DNA from: Tubiluchus corallicola
Taxonomy: Eukaryota > Animalia > Priapulida
Length of the DNA: 64,000 bases
Assembly: GCA_030141605.1 (NCBI GenBank)
Contig: JAQGDQ010000083.1
Location: forward strand, 558,001-622,000
Direction of reading: 5' to 3'
Positions 12,948 through 27,461 of this stretch are shown piece after piece. The notes beneath the pieces were generated by a model. That model saw only the letters and a program-made list of their open reading frames with translations. It was not told where the DNA came from and ran no database searches. Position 1 is the first letter of the stretch; each line of letters begins with the position of its first letter. Both the position numbers and the translations under genes were made by a program.

Positions 12948-13540
12948 TATGTACGACGACATGGGTAATTTTCGCGTGCAGCGATAAACTTTGTAAAGCA
13001 ACAGCTACAGTACGTCGCATTCTTGGTTGTCGGCATTAATGACGTCACGATCACCACGTGCAGTTTCGCGCTGAGAAATTTGTATGTTTAGTTCAGTCGC
13101 TTCTTTCACGCAATCAAAGCCGTGAATTCAGTGTATATGTATGAGCCTTTCACTTTCACTCTAAGAGCATTAATTTAGATCTTACTTTACAAAGTGCTTC
13201 CAAACCCCATGGGGCTGACTTTTGGTCTTTTAGCTAAAGCTTAAGAGGATAATAGTCACAATGTATGGCAGGAGCTGAGGGGTCAGGATAGAGTACTGAG
13301 AGTTGTTTCCCTTGCGACTCTCAGAAAAAAAGAGCACAAAATCAATAAGAGCATTTGTTTTCTGCTGATATGCTGACAGGTTTACAATGCATTAGTATGG
13401 CAGTTAATGAAAAGTGTGTGTTAGTTCCTCAACACAGCGTACAGTTTCATGGAACTCGCTGATATTGAATTTTGTAATTAAAATTTCTGCAGGACATTTT
13501 ATCAACAGTGCATAAACTTGCCCTGAAGACGTAAATAAAT
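12948..13540. mobile_element. Possible old TIR element
   Basis: tatgtacgacgacatgggtaattttcgc versus reverse complement of the right end tatttacgtcttcagggcaagtttatgc; degenerate match only. Confidence 0.3.
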
Positions 13541-15086
13541 ATTTGATGTCAGCATTTCGCTGTTTGTCAAGCTCATCTGCTGAAATGTTATCCAGCTATA
13601 GTAGCCAGCAGAAATGTATCGAGTGAAGGTAAATTTGTCAACAATAATAGCCAGGCTTTTACTGAGCGGATTCAAACTGATGGGTGCTAGGCATACGAGT
13701 AGCGAAACTAATGCAACTGAAGAGGCTGAGACGTTTCGAACAAAAGGACACGTACTCGCGTATAATTCCAGCTTTTCCGTCGAGTGTTATGAATGACTTC
13801 ATAAAAGGATTTGCAATACGAGCAGTGCCGTTTTTCACATCAGTCCGCCATTATGGCTTTGTCGGCATTAGTTGCAGCTTCTCGCTTGTGTGCAGGCGTA
13901 ATTGTGATGTGAGATAATTCCAGAAAGGAAAAAGCTTCTAACATTTCAATAGCTGAAGCCACATATACTGCGAATAATATTGTTGAAAATAAAACGTTTC
14001 TGTTGAGTGAAATCAGAATTTGTAATTACCGTACCAGGAACGTTGTACCTATGTGTTTTAAAAACTACGTGCTATTCTTTAATTTCCCTCACACGGTGTT
14101 CATTCTTCGGCGTATATCTAACCTTACTGAACGTATTTGCTGTCTAAAATTTATCTACAGGAGAATTTATCAATAAGCCTTTTCACAATTCCAGCGATTG
14201 ATGATGATCGTGAAAAGGTCAAAGATTAAGTGTACCAGACAACGCATTTGTGTACACTTGACAACGACTCGCAGCCCGTACAATTGTAACAGTAACAGTT
14301 TTTACAGCTAGCTAGAACCTTACTTAGTTTATTTTTCTTGTTCCCAAGCAAGTAAGCCACTCTATGAACAGACTAATGCATAATTAAGTAAAGACCACAT
14401 AAAGCATCTGAAATTACTGAACTGACGCGGGTAGACGGCTTTGCTTTACACGCACGTTAGGTGACGGTTGTAGCTGAGACGCGTTGCTGTGGTACACTTA
14501 ACCTTTGACCTACAGCAAGTGCGCGTGCGCACAACGAAACTGTGAAAAGGCTTATTAACAAATTTGCCACTTTCTTTCTGCCTTTTTACATTCATACTGC
14601 TTTCTGTTATGTTAACCCGTTTGTACTTCACGTTGAAAGTTATTGCTCGATGAAACTGACTATTTTATTTGACGACAATTGATCGTGATTTCGGTTATGT
14701 AGCAGTAGAGATTGTTTATTTTAGTAAAACATTGTTATAACAAAAATTTGAAAAAGCAGCCTTTTAAGTTTACGAGTCACTATTACTATAAACTACACAC
14801 ACATTATTATCATAAAAAATTAGTCGGCATGATACTGTGTAATTATCGCTAATGAACATTTTACAAAAATAATTTTTCATGTATACAGCGTTCACCAATA
14901 TGTTCTAATACTATATGTTCTATTTGATTATCTAAAATTTAAGACGACGACTATCACTTGTTTGGTTGCAAAAGGTTATATTATTTACAATTTTTCTGGG
15001 TCTGTGGCAACAATTTCGACACGAGCAACTCGAAAAGGCGATACAGTTAATTGCTTCACCCTTTGAAAACGTGCAACATGGTGTGA

Positions 15087-15467
15087 GCTAGAATGGCAAC
15101 TGGCAGAGCGCAGACCACCTCCAAAGCCTGGGTAGTAATTTGCCACTCAGGTTAAAGTATCATCAGTGTTCTGACGTCACCTCATTAATAGCATGTGCAC
15201 TTGCTTCTTGCGCTTTTCAGCAGTGCTCTATAGTGACGTCATACTCATGCAGGTATATAGATAATCAATAAAAATTGATTTTCATTCGCAATTTTTAATC
15301 TATCATCGCCAGAATGGAAAGTGACCTTCAGTGTTCCATTTGTCATCCTGCCACAGAGTTTCGTTAAAATCGGTGAAGTAGTTTTTGCATATTTTTTTCA
15401 ACTAACAAACAAACACACAAACACACAAACAAATGGCAGTGAAAGCAACTTCCTTGGCTGAGGTGAC
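15087..15467 (+). mobile_element. Non-autonomous Helentron/HINE (DINE-1-like) element
   Basis: 5' agctagaatggcaactggcagagcgcagaccacctccaaagcc; core tttcgttaaaatcggtgaagtagtttttg; (ACAA)n microsatellite; 3' acttccttggctgaggtga partially inverted relative to the 5' motif; HINE-type layout. Confidence 0.65.
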
Positions 15468-15530
15468 AATTGCGATTGCTATGTAAGTTTCTAGCTAAAT
15501 ATTCACTGAAACCAGTTTATCCTGTCCTTA

Positions 15531-15812
15531 GCCCAGTTCACAGTGAGGACGCGAGAAAAAATGTAAGAAAATCAGAAAATATTTAGAAAATTTACGATTT
15601 TTTTCTCGAAGTCCCACGCAGCTTCGACTCCCACGAAAGTCCCACACGAAGTTCACAGTGAAACCGCGCGGTTTTTCCTTCACATCCAGTTAGCTGAAGC
15701 TACTTTAAGAGTTTTTTTTACTGTATAACCATGTCTAAATTAAGTTATACTCTTTTTTCTCTTTTTTAGTAAAGTTCTACTGATCACTTCAAAATCTGTA
15801 TGTATATATATA

Positions 15813-15872
<60 letters not shown>

Positions 15873-16215
15873 TGCGTGTGCGTGTGCGTGTGCGTGTGCG
15901 TGTGCGTGTGCGTGTGTGTTATTTTCTCTTACACGAACATAGCCATCGATGTCGCATTAATAAAACACAAAATCGTCAGTCTGTTAAAAGAGAGATTAAA
16001 TCTTATTATTTTATGCTGAAATGTGTTAATTTTTGTTCGTTAAATAAGAAAGAAGTAATTGAGTAGTTAAATTTGGGACTGAATTCCGCGAGGTTTCCTC
16101 ACGAAAATGGACAGAATTTCTCACAAAGAGGCCGCATATTTCTAACAGGCGGCAAAATTCCTCACTAGGAACTGGACGAAGAATTTTGCTGCGCGCCCTC
16201 ACTGTGAAATAGACC
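15531..16215. mobile_element. Harbinger-like MITE family F, full copy, TWA flanks
   Basis: tta|gcccagttcacagtgaggacgcg ... cgcgccctcactgtgaaatagacc|taa; an inverted second copy lies at 62864-63475. Confidence 0.75.
15798..15920. repeat. (TA)-(TG)n-(CGTG)n-(CGTGTG)n microsatellite inside MITE F
   Basis: Directly visible. Confidence 0.95.
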
Positions 16216-18749
16216 TAAAACCGGGTAAAGCGCACAGGCTCTAGCGCGTTTGTTGCTTTCTTGTCTGATAATGTAGGATTAGTGTAGTCCTAGATTGATA
16301 ATTTTAGTTTTGTTGTTATTCGATTGTTGTAATTTTGACTACTGTGGAACATAATTGAAAATTGTGATTCTTGTGTTTTGCTGCGCTTTTTGTTCCAGAC
16401 AGAAGTTAAAAATCGTGCTTTCTTATTCGGTTATTGTAGTGTTAGAAACAGGGATGTTTAATATCAATACAAAAGTTCTTTTTTGTGGCATTTTCTGGAA
16501 GTTTCATAATGCAGGCAGAAGAAATTTGCCCTAAAGTTGCCTTAGTTTGAGTGATTTCCAAATAAGTGCATACAACAGGTCACACAATTTGTAGGGTATA
16601 GACTGACAAATATGTCTAAAACCAAAGCATTTACACTTATAGGTCAAAATGTTTATGCTTATTTGTATTTATATGTATTTTATTCAATGTAATATACACA
16701 GTGTGGAAAAAAATGACAGCCTTGCTATACCTGAAAGTAATCACAAAAGGATGTAAACGTTTTTTTTTATTTTTTAATCAGTATAACACTTTGTGTAATG
16801 ATTTTTTGATTTTCTTTCATTCATTATTGTCCGAAATTGAAACTAAGAGTAACAAATTAACAAAGGTTGAAAAAGTAATGACTAATGACACCATTTTCAT
16901 TGAGATATCAACGTGAACCGTACCTCTGTGGCCCTCAGAGTTGCGAATAACAGATGTTTACTCTTCACTCAAAATTAATTTCTGCTTATAATAGCTTTAT
17001 CAGTTTTTATCTATTCTTTTTTGTTTCTTCTGCACGGTGGGGCATCTCCTGACACCCTATAACTGTTGCAATAGTAGTTGCAGCCTCCCCCTGACCCACC
17101 CTGCCTCGTACGCATATGCAAAACGATCACGAAAAGAAATTTGTTTCTCTGGATGCTGATACACAAATAAATGTGTATTGTATGTGTATTGATGCTGAAA
17201 TACCTTTTTTAAAACCGTAGTTTTAACATTTCGCTAAATAAACTAAACTAACGAAAAGAAGTAATGTTGTCAAGCAGCAGTTATTTCTTAACACTTTCGA
17301 CTTTCACAGAGCTGTAAAATAATCTTTATAAAGTGTTGTGTGACACGATAGAAGCCTCATATCGCTTACAAACGTGTAAATAATTAAAAGAGCGTTTCAG
17401 CCAATCAATACCTACCTTTTATTGTAACAGGGTTTCACCTGTAAGCCTCATGGATACCATAATGGCTGTTGAAAACAACTCATCTCTTTGCTGCCAGTGT
17501 TGACTGCTTAAATTCACTTTCGCTATTATCTTACTGCTGTGTCGAAAACGGTAGAATCAATTGTCGTCCATTATCTACATCATCAGCAGCAGAATACGAG
17601 CAGTAAAAAATGACGATTTCCAACCAATTTCGTTCATCACTGTAAATCATCGTGTATTGCATGTAAAATGTCACTTCGGTTGTTAAGAAGATTTCGTTTT
17701 TAAATTATTCATGATAATAATCCTTCCTGTTACACAAATAACATTGTTGCTGTTTTATATCATAGGTTTTTACTGTTTTTAAAATAAATTATTATGTTAA
17801 TGTTTGGAAATGGAAAATCGTTGCTTTTATCGTGTTTTATTTACGTCAAGTATCCGATGCGAATATTCCTTAAGCCACGTTCACATGTATATCCCTGACA
17901 GCTGTTTTATACCATCTCACGACTTATGGAGTTCTGAAATTCGCCAAAAGAACGGGTATTTATTACCACTCCACATTGAAAACCATTAACGGTTTTTGAA
18001 CCTTATTTTTTAATACAGCTTTTCTTTGTTATGTAATTCTATGTACGCGTGTTATTTTAATACTAATTAAGGTGGCAAAGCAAGAGCCAAATGTATTAAC
18101 GATTTATATGGTTACGTATTAAGCAGATACACTGTATTACACTTTACTGCTTATTTGCTAAGTTGCTCAATTACTGAGAATATATGTGTGCATGTGATTA
18201 AAGCAAAAGCCAAGTGTCTGGGGAAGTGGAGCTTATTCTAATATTTGAGAAATATGTTAGAAAGTTTCAGCAATGAAATTGTGATAAGCGCCTCGTGTAA
18301 TTAATAATTTCAATTTAAAATCGCGATCACTTCACGCATGGGCGCTCTCATTTTTCTGCAAAGTTAAACAGTTATTCTGCCAAGTGCTTAAGCAATCATT
18401 TTTTGACTTATAGAGCGATCTCTATAACCTAAGTAACCCACCCGGTACTTGCTGTATGCTCGCAAGTTTACATGTGTATCTGAAAGTCAACAAAAGTCTG
18501 CAAATTAATTACATTTACGCAATTAATGTATACTACTTACACATTTTATGGTGTAATCCTATGAATTAAAGCTATGTAACCACTTTAACCTTGGTCATAA
18601 TTGATCAAATGCCTAATTTTTACATAAACACATTTAAATACAACACCAGAATAACTGAACATCTGAGTGAACCGTAGAAATTTCTCAATGCGTACCTTCA
18701 TCACAGCTTGCCTTCACAGCATCCACGCTGCCCTGCAGTCACCTGCTTG

Positions 18750-18928
18750 CGTCTTATTTTTCAAATATGAGGGCAGCGACGTTCGTTTGGCGGGAGATAA
18801 AAAATATGTAAATTTCTTTTACATTTTAGCAAAGCATTCTATGCGCATATCTTGTATGGTGATTTCAATATTTTTAATTGTATATCAAAATGCAATAAAT
18901 GTTGTTCGATGGTTGGTTCTTCCTTTAA
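18750..18928. mobile_element. Repeat family E terminus (Kolobok-like ..cct|ttaa end), copy 1
   Basis: ttcaaata..ttcgt.tgg.gggagataa...atttcaatatttttaa...ggttgg.tcttc.tttaa shared with 30110-30289. Confidence 0.65.
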
Positions 18929-19906
18929 CTACGCGACAGGGTATGCTGCTTATATTCAAATTGAGCGACTGTTTGAGTAATACTGACACCCTGAGTAACC
19001 TGATATTAAAATAAAATCGACTGCCAAACTCATTCCGTAGTTACTGTAAGCCATTAACATAACATGAAGTGTATTGTAATGTGAACGATTTTTTGTAAAC
19101 CACTGTTATTATACAACAATAAATTAAATTGTGCCCGCGCGAGAAAAGTACAATGTCAGTGATCATAAAGCTACTCTCGGTATAACATTTACCTGTTTTA
19201 GTGCTGGGCTGTAATGATGTGTAACAAACTGTCATAAATCAATTTTGCGTGGCTAGAACTGATAATTTGCACTCGAGCTGTACAGTTTGCAGGTATGTGT
19301 AATCAAAACGCCAGCATTCCCTAAAGCAACATTAATTGAAAAGGATGATTACAGTGACTTTATTTAAAAATCATCCAGCGGTTTTTCTTAGTGATCAATG
19401 GAAATTCCTCTACGACCACGTCTGAAAGTCAAAGTGCAGCGGGCTAACTTTGTTTTCTGAAATTTGCATATCCGTGCTTTCTGAAAGCACATTGCACCAC
19501 GTCACTTTTAACTCCTTTAGAACACTTAAGGGTTAAACCGTTGTTTTACAACAGTAAAATTTTTATTTGTCGAACAATCGACTATTTCAAGTGGGAACAC
19601 ATTTTAAACTGTAAGGCGACACGTTTAAGTAAATATTGTCTCAAGTCATGCGACGCGAACGAAGCCCTTTTAATAATTCAGTAAGTTTGTAAGCGACAAA
19701 ATGGATGTAAAAGGAGTTATGCATTATTCATACATTGTACGCCATCATCGTATATAGTACTTAGCAAGTAATTCAATCACGGTCACGGCAAACGAAATTT
19801 TACGGTCGACTGCACATGAAAAACCCAAGTTACTCAGAATCAATGTCTACATGGTAACAATGACGGAAGGCGTTTACAATTCCGTAAACAACCTCATCCC
19901 TGACAG

Positions 19907-19986
19907 AACCTTAACCCTGACTCAACCCTAAACCTTACCCTAACCCTAACGCTAAACTTAAACCCAACCCTAACCCTAACCCTAAT
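19907..19986. repeat. Degenerate interstitial (CCCTAA)n telomere-like tract
   Basis: About 13 hexamers such as accctaaccctaacgctaaacttaaacccaaccctaaccctaaccctaa. Confidence 0.85.
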
Positions 19987-20622
19987 CCGCTTCATGAACT
20001 AATATATTGTGTGTGGGTAGTGTGGCACACGGCCACTTAAGGCACACTTATCATTGGAACTTTATCTTTATATCACTTGAGTAACCTGAGTAGTAGGCAC
20101 TCAAATGTTCGAGTATGTTCCATGTTTGTGTACATAACAAGAACGGCGACGATGCTTAATAACGGCACAAGTTTTGATTATGAACGCTACTCATGATACA
20201 TGTCGGACAAGCCCTCATACTGAACCCGGTTATAACAGATTTCGGTTAAAACGTACTACTAGCGTTAAGTCCGCTATAGTCCAGATAACGATGGTAGGTG
20301 TCAGGATTGAAATTTATATCAGTGAATGGGACGACGTGAGATATTATGGAGCAATTCCCGGTACTGTTTACATACATTTTTATTATGTTGTTTACTACAA
20401 GGTTAATTACATTTTTGTACAGGGATGTATATATTGTATTTATTATCACTTGAACGAATGTCTTTTTATTAATGTGAGCTGTAAACGTGCCACCCAGTTA
20501 TTGCGAAGTACTGTCGATAAGTATACACATCTGCACTTCGATTTATGCGTGGGTATACAATAAAAATGGCTTGAGTTGGTGCAATTCACTGCAAAACTGG
20601 TCCATCATAAAGTGCACGTTAA

Positions 20623-21228
20623 AGGAAAACCCGGCCCAATCTTAAACTATAGTTCAAATAATCATCTAATAGGAGCACTTTGGTTTTTAAAAATAATTTA
20701 CGCAAAAGAATTATTACTGCAGACACCTTCATTGTGCTAGTTCTTCGCTGTTACATTCATTTCGCCATTCGCTAGTTAGATGGTTACTAGTACCTGCATG
20801 TGATACACACCTAAACGTTTTGCACAAAAAACAGGTGCTATACCTCCCAGTTCAAATTGTTCAATTGTGAAGTAGCGTGCACATTCGAGAGCCCATGCGC
20901 GAACACAGCGATAAACTTGAAATTTAAAATTTTGAGCTTACAATTTGTCGAGTTTTTGCATGTCACACTGAATGTTATACAGTCGCACTGTACTTCAATG
21001 TTCGCTTTCGCAAACACGTTCAACAAGCTCACGAAATGTTTTTGCTGTTGAAAATTATGTTAGTTTATGACGTCATCATTAGTTAACTTGGGCTTATCTG
21101 CCTCTAGTTAAGTTTCAACCTATTATATAATTACCAGAAACGCTTTGGCATTATTGTAAGTGTTAATATGTATACTTTTTATCGTACTTCAAAGTGGGAT
21201 AGGAGATGAAAAATCATCCTGTTTTCCT
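20623..21228 (+). mobile_element. Kolobok-like MITE family D, copy 1
   Basis: ttaa|aggaaaac ... gttttcct| short TIR; internal similarity to 24291-24590, 29491-30094, 40798-41328. Confidence 0.75.
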
Positions 21229-22304
21229 ATAGTTTTTGCTAAATACTTTGCACTGTATTTATATATGATGCTGGTTTCATATTTTTTACGCTGTTCATCA
21301 TTGTTAGAAAGAACTGTTGTTTCTGTTCGTGTCGCAAGTATTACATTTGGTAATTTATTTCTAAAAGGATCATTTTCGTACGCTAACTACTTGTGCAACA
21401 AGTTATTACGTTCGCGTCACTGTCTCGGTTTGTTGAGATTGTGTCGCTTTACTAATTTTATTTACAACGCAACTCTTGGGTATAAAATCTGAGTGATTGC
21501 CCGTGAAATAAACTGTAATCCCACGGGAAGCTTGTTAAGAGAGTAAAATTACTGTGTTTCTATCACACTGATATGCTTGAATTGTCGTTTGGAATCCAAC
21601 AAATAAACAAATTGCGCTATTTGGTCAATATATGAAGAAAGATTTGGTGTACGCTTGTCAATACATTCGTGCGCGAATACGGATTTTTGCCATGACGGAG
21701 CAGTGAAGCGAACTGATTTACAGCAAAATTGAGTCAATTACTTTTCCCGTGGACGGATTACTAGGCGATATGGTCGATAGTTCACGTTGCGTTGCTGCTT
21801 AAGAGAAAATATAATCAGCCAAAATCTTTGCTACATAAATGTGGTGAATTATTTAGACACTACTCCAAACATGGCCATCTCTTCAACACTATTGTATTTA
21901 TCAAACTCTGTTATTCACTTCATCAACTGATAGGCAAATCTGAATAACGGACTTTAACATTCCACCGTCTTATTACCCTTGAGAATTTGCTAAAGGTTAA
22001 AGTGGTGCAGTTTTCAAATCTGTAGCTTCAGACGCCGCTAGCTGTCTCAGCATTCATAATGTATTAGGCATGTTAGAAAATGAGCCTTGAACCCAGGCAA
22101 GAAAACAGAATTTTAAGGCCCAATTAAGGGCAAAATTACTGATGTTGATAAGGCTGGAAAACGCAATGAAGAAATGCTTTCAGTAAAATTGGTGTGAAAG
22201 AGAGGGACAGAGAGAGATTTGATTTGATTTGATTTACTTCTGCATTAAACTTCCTTTACAACGATACCTTTAACATTAAAAATATATATAATAAAAATAC
22301 AAGC

Positions 22305-22372
22305 AAACACACACACATACAAGCGCACACGCACACGCATACGCACACGCGTATACGCACACGCACACACAA
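22305..22372. repeat. Degenerate (CA/CG)n microsatellite
   Basis: acacacacacatacaagcgcacacgcacacgcatacgcacac... Confidence 0.85.
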
Positions 22373-22405
22373 ACCAGCATAACGTGAAAAATTACATTCT
22401 CACGG

Positions 22406-22846
22406 CTAGTTTGAGTAATAAATAGGTCCATCTACCTCAGATTGACATTGCATCTGAGTGCAAGCCCCAGTTAGTTCGGGTAATGGGTAAGTCCATCTGC
22501 TTCAAGTTGACCTTGCTTCTGAGTGCAAGCCTCAACTAGTTCGGGTAATGAGTAGGTCCATCTTCTTCAAGTTGACCTTGCTTCTGAGTGCAAACCCCAG
22601 CTAGTTCGGGTAATGAGTAGGTCCATCTTCTTCAAGTTGACCTTGCTTCTGAGGGCAAGCCTCAGCTAGTTTGAGTAATGAGTAGGTCCAACTTCTTCAA
22701 GTTGACCTTGCTTCTGAGTGCAAGCCTCAGCTAGTTTGAGTAATGAGTAAGTCCATCTACTTCAAGCTGACCTTGCATCTGAGTGCAAGCCTCAGCTAGT
22801 TTGAGTAATGAGTAAGTCCATCTACTTCAAGCTGACCTTGCATCTG
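22406..22846. repeat. 65-bp minisatellite, about 6.8 copies
   Basis: Unit ctagtttgagtaatgagtaagtccatctacttcaagctgaccttgcatctgagtgcaagcctcag; starts at 22406, 22471, 22536, 22601, 22666, 22731, 22796. Confidence 0.95.
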
Positions 22847-24290
22847 TGAACAAGATCTCGGTTTGCAGAATACCGAACTGTATAAAAACGGCACTTATTT
22901 TAAAACGTAATAATTTGACCCAAGGACATAGTTGTAAACGAAAGTACCGATGATAGATAAAAAGTATTTTCAACTAAATTTTTTGTATTAATATTTGTAA
23001 ATTATAATGTTCTGTGAATATTTTATATATTTTTTATTTTGTTTGTTTATTTATTTTTTTATTCAATTATATGTTAATTAAATAGCTGAATTTCGTTTAT
23101 CCGTCCTCTCAATTTGTTAGTTAGTTGGTTAGTCAGTTGGTCATTGCATCAGGACAGCTTCTAGGCTTGAAAGTCATTGTATTACATTTCCAACTATGCA
23201 GCTCAATTAAATAAATTAAAATTTACTTTATTTTCAACTCTAATAATAATTATTATTATTTTTTGTTTTGTAAAGCATTGTTAAAAGGTCCACGAGATTT
23301 ACTAGAACAAAATTGTTTGCGGGTAACAACGATTAGCAAAAAATATGGCAAAATATCTTGGACTAATGCAAGGCTGGGCAAATATATCATAGTAAATCTC
23401 TCGAAGGATGTCGGGAAATTGCGTTTCACGATTCGAATATTGCTGCACATTTACGACTTTCACCGGGAAACCTCTCGACACATAAAAATCGTCAGCAAAA
23501 TTTAATTGCCTCAAAACATCATAGCAGCAGCTTCCTCGTCCAGGTGTAGTCCAGGACCTACCAACAGTTTCAGTGTTTTTGTCTTCATGTCGTCTTTGTC
23601 TCGTCCAGGTAATTTGGCTTACAAATGCTAGATGAGATCATGACATGTTTACAATTCCCTTGTACAAAATTTGTCAATGTGTAAACAGTCTAAACTATAA
23701 CAACTCCCTGACTAAGTCGTCCTCGGGGACAGTAATCGTTCATATTTGGTGTAATAATTGAATAGTTATTACTCTTTGAAAACACAACTTATACAAAATA
23801 TGGGATTTTAAATAGGGTCTACGAACTAACTTTGAAATCAGCTTTGAAATCACACGCTTGCATGACTGATGAAATTTCACTGTTTTTTGCATACCCGTCT
23901 CTTGGAATCAAAATTCCCATTACTTAATTGCTATGTTATGAAGTGATATGAATTACTTTTTTAGCGTTTGGACACACAGTAAAACTATTCTCAAAGCGAC
24001 AGACAGCCTCTTAACACAGTTATATTGATACAGGCATTTGTAATATTTTTTCTTTAAATAAATCGTGTTGCAACTTGCAAAAGATGATTTTCTTACTAAT
24101 GGTACAACTAATGATATCGTTTAACATTGAAAATGCAATTTTAATGACTTCACTCGGATATTTTCAATTTCTCTGCGGACACGCGACGTTCGAGATTAAA
24201 ATAACTAATAGCTTCACAAAATGGCCATGGGAATCATATATATAATTCACTGTCATAGCAGGGAATAATAATAATAATTGTGTTACTTAA

Positions 24291-24590
24291 AGGAAAACCG
24301 AACCCAATCTTAAACTGTAGATCAAAACAATCTACTCTTTAAAATATTGAAAGTGAAGATACTGTTTTTTTCAAGAATAACTTACGTGAAAGAATTATTA
24401 TCACACAAACGCAATTTCGCATTCGCGTTTCTAGTTCTTCGCTGTTACATGCATTTTGTCATTCGTTAGTTAGATGGGCACTAGCGCAGGCTTTGCGTAA
24501 ACGCGTTGAACAAAAAACCGGCGCTGTACCTCTCATTTCAAAATTTTTCGTTTGTGACGTAGTGCACATATTCGAGAGCTCATGCGTGAA
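24291..24590 (+). mobile_element. Kolobok-like MITE family D, copy 2 (truncated)
   Basis: ttaa|aggaaaaccgaacccaatcttaaactgtag...ctagttcttcgctgttacat...attcgagagctcatgcg. Confidence 0.75.
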
Positions 24591-26838
24591 TGGCAAAGAT
24601 TGTTCTCATTCAACGTTCCCGTTTACTGACAACTTGTGCAATATTCACACTTACTCACAATTAAATATCTAATATAAACTACAGCCAAACATGTGTTTTA
24701 TCATTTTCAGTTGCTATTTATCTGATAATGATAGTCTGAAAATACAAAAGATTAAAGAAAAATATTTGAACTAAGAAAAATCATCATAAAGCAAAACAAA
24801 GAGGAAGCTGGTCTCAAATAACTAAACGTTGACTAAAATTATTCATAACAAGATCTTGTACTCTTCAAATGACATTCGTCGCAGAAGTAATTAAGGTGTA
24901 ATACAGCTGTTGTTGGTAAGTCTAATAAAGATTGCTTTAGAACAAGCCTTACAAACTTGTTATGATTTGTTTACAAGTTACTAACGAGATTTTCCTGCCT
25001 TGAATAACAGCAGCTCGTGAGAAACGTAGGTAATTGCATCTATTCTTTGGATTCTCTTTGTATTTTTTGAATTGAATTACAGAAAATGCTAGAATTTCTG
25101 CTTTAAAAACTATGATCTTTCTTGAAAAATTTCAATAGATAAGTCTCTATATAGATAGTTATAAATAAGTCTTTGTTAAAAGAGCTTTGAGTTTTATTCC
25201 TTAAAAACTGGTGATCACAGTCACTGTTTATTCAAATTTGTTTTGCAAAGGTTTCATTTACAGCAGTGGATTTATTTAGTGACTTCTAAAATTGGAATTT
25301 CCACTACCGTACTTTAATTGTGTTATTTCTAGAAAACACTGAGAATATCCACTGTTGTAACGACGCGTCTTGGAAAACAAATTTAGCCAAAAAAGAAAAA
25401 TTTTAAAAATCTATACTCATTGTCTATTTTTCCAGTTGGCTTATGAGATCGCGTGATCTGAATAATTTGTTTTTATCAACAAATGTTAAATCTTTGTGCT
25501 TCTTGCAAAACTGCTATGAATTTGTAATAAGCGATGCAATTAGAGGTTTGCTGTTTGAAGTTATTGTATTAAACAAAGATTGACATTTGTTGAATCCTCG
25601 AAAAGTTGTTTCATTTGCTTTATGTTTGTAAGTTTATTCAAAATTTTAATATCATTATGTGCCTAACGGACTCTCACATTGGACAAATGTAGACAGAATA
25701 GTAAACTAATTTTATGTAAAACAGCTTGCTTAATCGAAAGACATAAAAGCGACCCTGAGCAAAAGATTCGCAGCGTCATGATTTAGAAATAAGGCGCTTA
25801 CAAATCATACTGTAATATTTAGCTTCTTAAAAATTTATTTTTGAAAATGTCAATCTTTACCTGCATTTGATAAACATCATATAGACTTGGAATTAATGTC
25901 AGGCGAGTCAATTACTTAGTCAAAACACCTTAACCTATAATAGTTTAGCCTACTGCTTTAACCTTAAAATGCTTTTTGTCAATTTGGAAATACAATAATT
26001 AAAATGAACATGTAAAAGAAGGGCAACTTCACTAACTAAACTGTGTTTTGAACGAAGAAATTAACTGCTTTTCATAAAACAAAATGACACTTAAACTACC
26101 GAAATGATTAGTATGATGCAACAACCAGCAAGCGGCGAAATCTTTGTTTTTACAGATGACGTATCTATGACGTATTGCAATCCTACACTTAGTTTATATT
26201 ATTATGGTACTGTACGGGTTTTTCAAAAACAACTTGAACTTAACTTAGTGTTATTAGCTACCAAGTATTTTTGGTCAAGTACAAAGTGCTGCAAGAAGTT
26301 TTAGTACTTGTAACATGAAGTACCAGTCCAGGTGCAAGTACAAAACGGCGTTTAGATGCCAAGTGTAAATTTGTTTATTTGAGCCCAACTCTGAATTCGT
26401 TATTGGACAAATTATATCAACAACAAGCACATTCATATTATTTCAAAACAAAAGTATATTTGTTTATTGCTCTACGTTTCCATATTTATTGAACTCAGCG
26501 TCAGAAACAAACTTTCGCGGGTTAAGTCTCATTCCGTTCAGAAATTCGTTTTTGTTGTTTTTGGCACGAAGCGCGTGCGGCTTGGATTTAAATAACAAAG
26601 CGAACTGGATGCTTCTAAACTTGATTTAAAGGAAAACAATCCTTTGCTTACATAACGCTTAAAGAATCGTCTTGAAAGTTTGTGTTACATTTATGCTGTC
26701 TTGTGTACAAAGCTTGTATTAGCGGTAGGTCATTTGAAACATTGAGTAAAACTCGAAAAATTAATCACTGCATTCGTAGTACTGTACACACTTCTCTAAC
26801 TAACGAAAAACATAAATTACTTCATCTTCGAAATAAGA

Positions 26839-26955
<117 letters not shown>

Positions 26956-27461
26956 TAATAATAACAATTTTTTTTGTGAGTCAGTGCTGCACACTGGCCA
27001 GGTGAGTCAGTGACACTTTTCCAGTTGGCACGAACATTTTAAATTACTAAGCATTTTCTTTTCTAGCCAGCCACTGTTCATAAGCCTTTCAAACAGGTAA
27101 AGTAATATAATTTTGTATAGAAATTTTTTCGGACATGCTTTAAAATTGCCTTTTCTTCCCGTTTAAATACTGCATACAAGTCCTGGTAATGTAATTAACG
27201 TAAAAGTCATAAATGTTTGCACTAATTTCTGATTGTCACCTCTTTTGAGTCTTCAACATATTCATTTGCAAACCTTCCTATTAAACTTCTTAAAGCGTTG
27301 ATAAAGGTTGAAGTTGATGAAGCCATCTTAGGGTGCATTCACGTACAAGTGGACACGCCTATACAACTATGGCAACTGCAAAACATGCAGACGACCGGTA
27401 GACCTACGGATACAGTAGTTGCCTAGTGCGTTTCATGCGGTGCCATACGAAATAGTTTGTG

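Noticed and set aside
22406-22846. 65-bp periodic array as a CRISPR
   Set aside because: Whole units are near-identical with no unique spacers, there are no cas genes, and the context is eukaryotic; the same applies to the 22-, 26- and 45-bp arrays.
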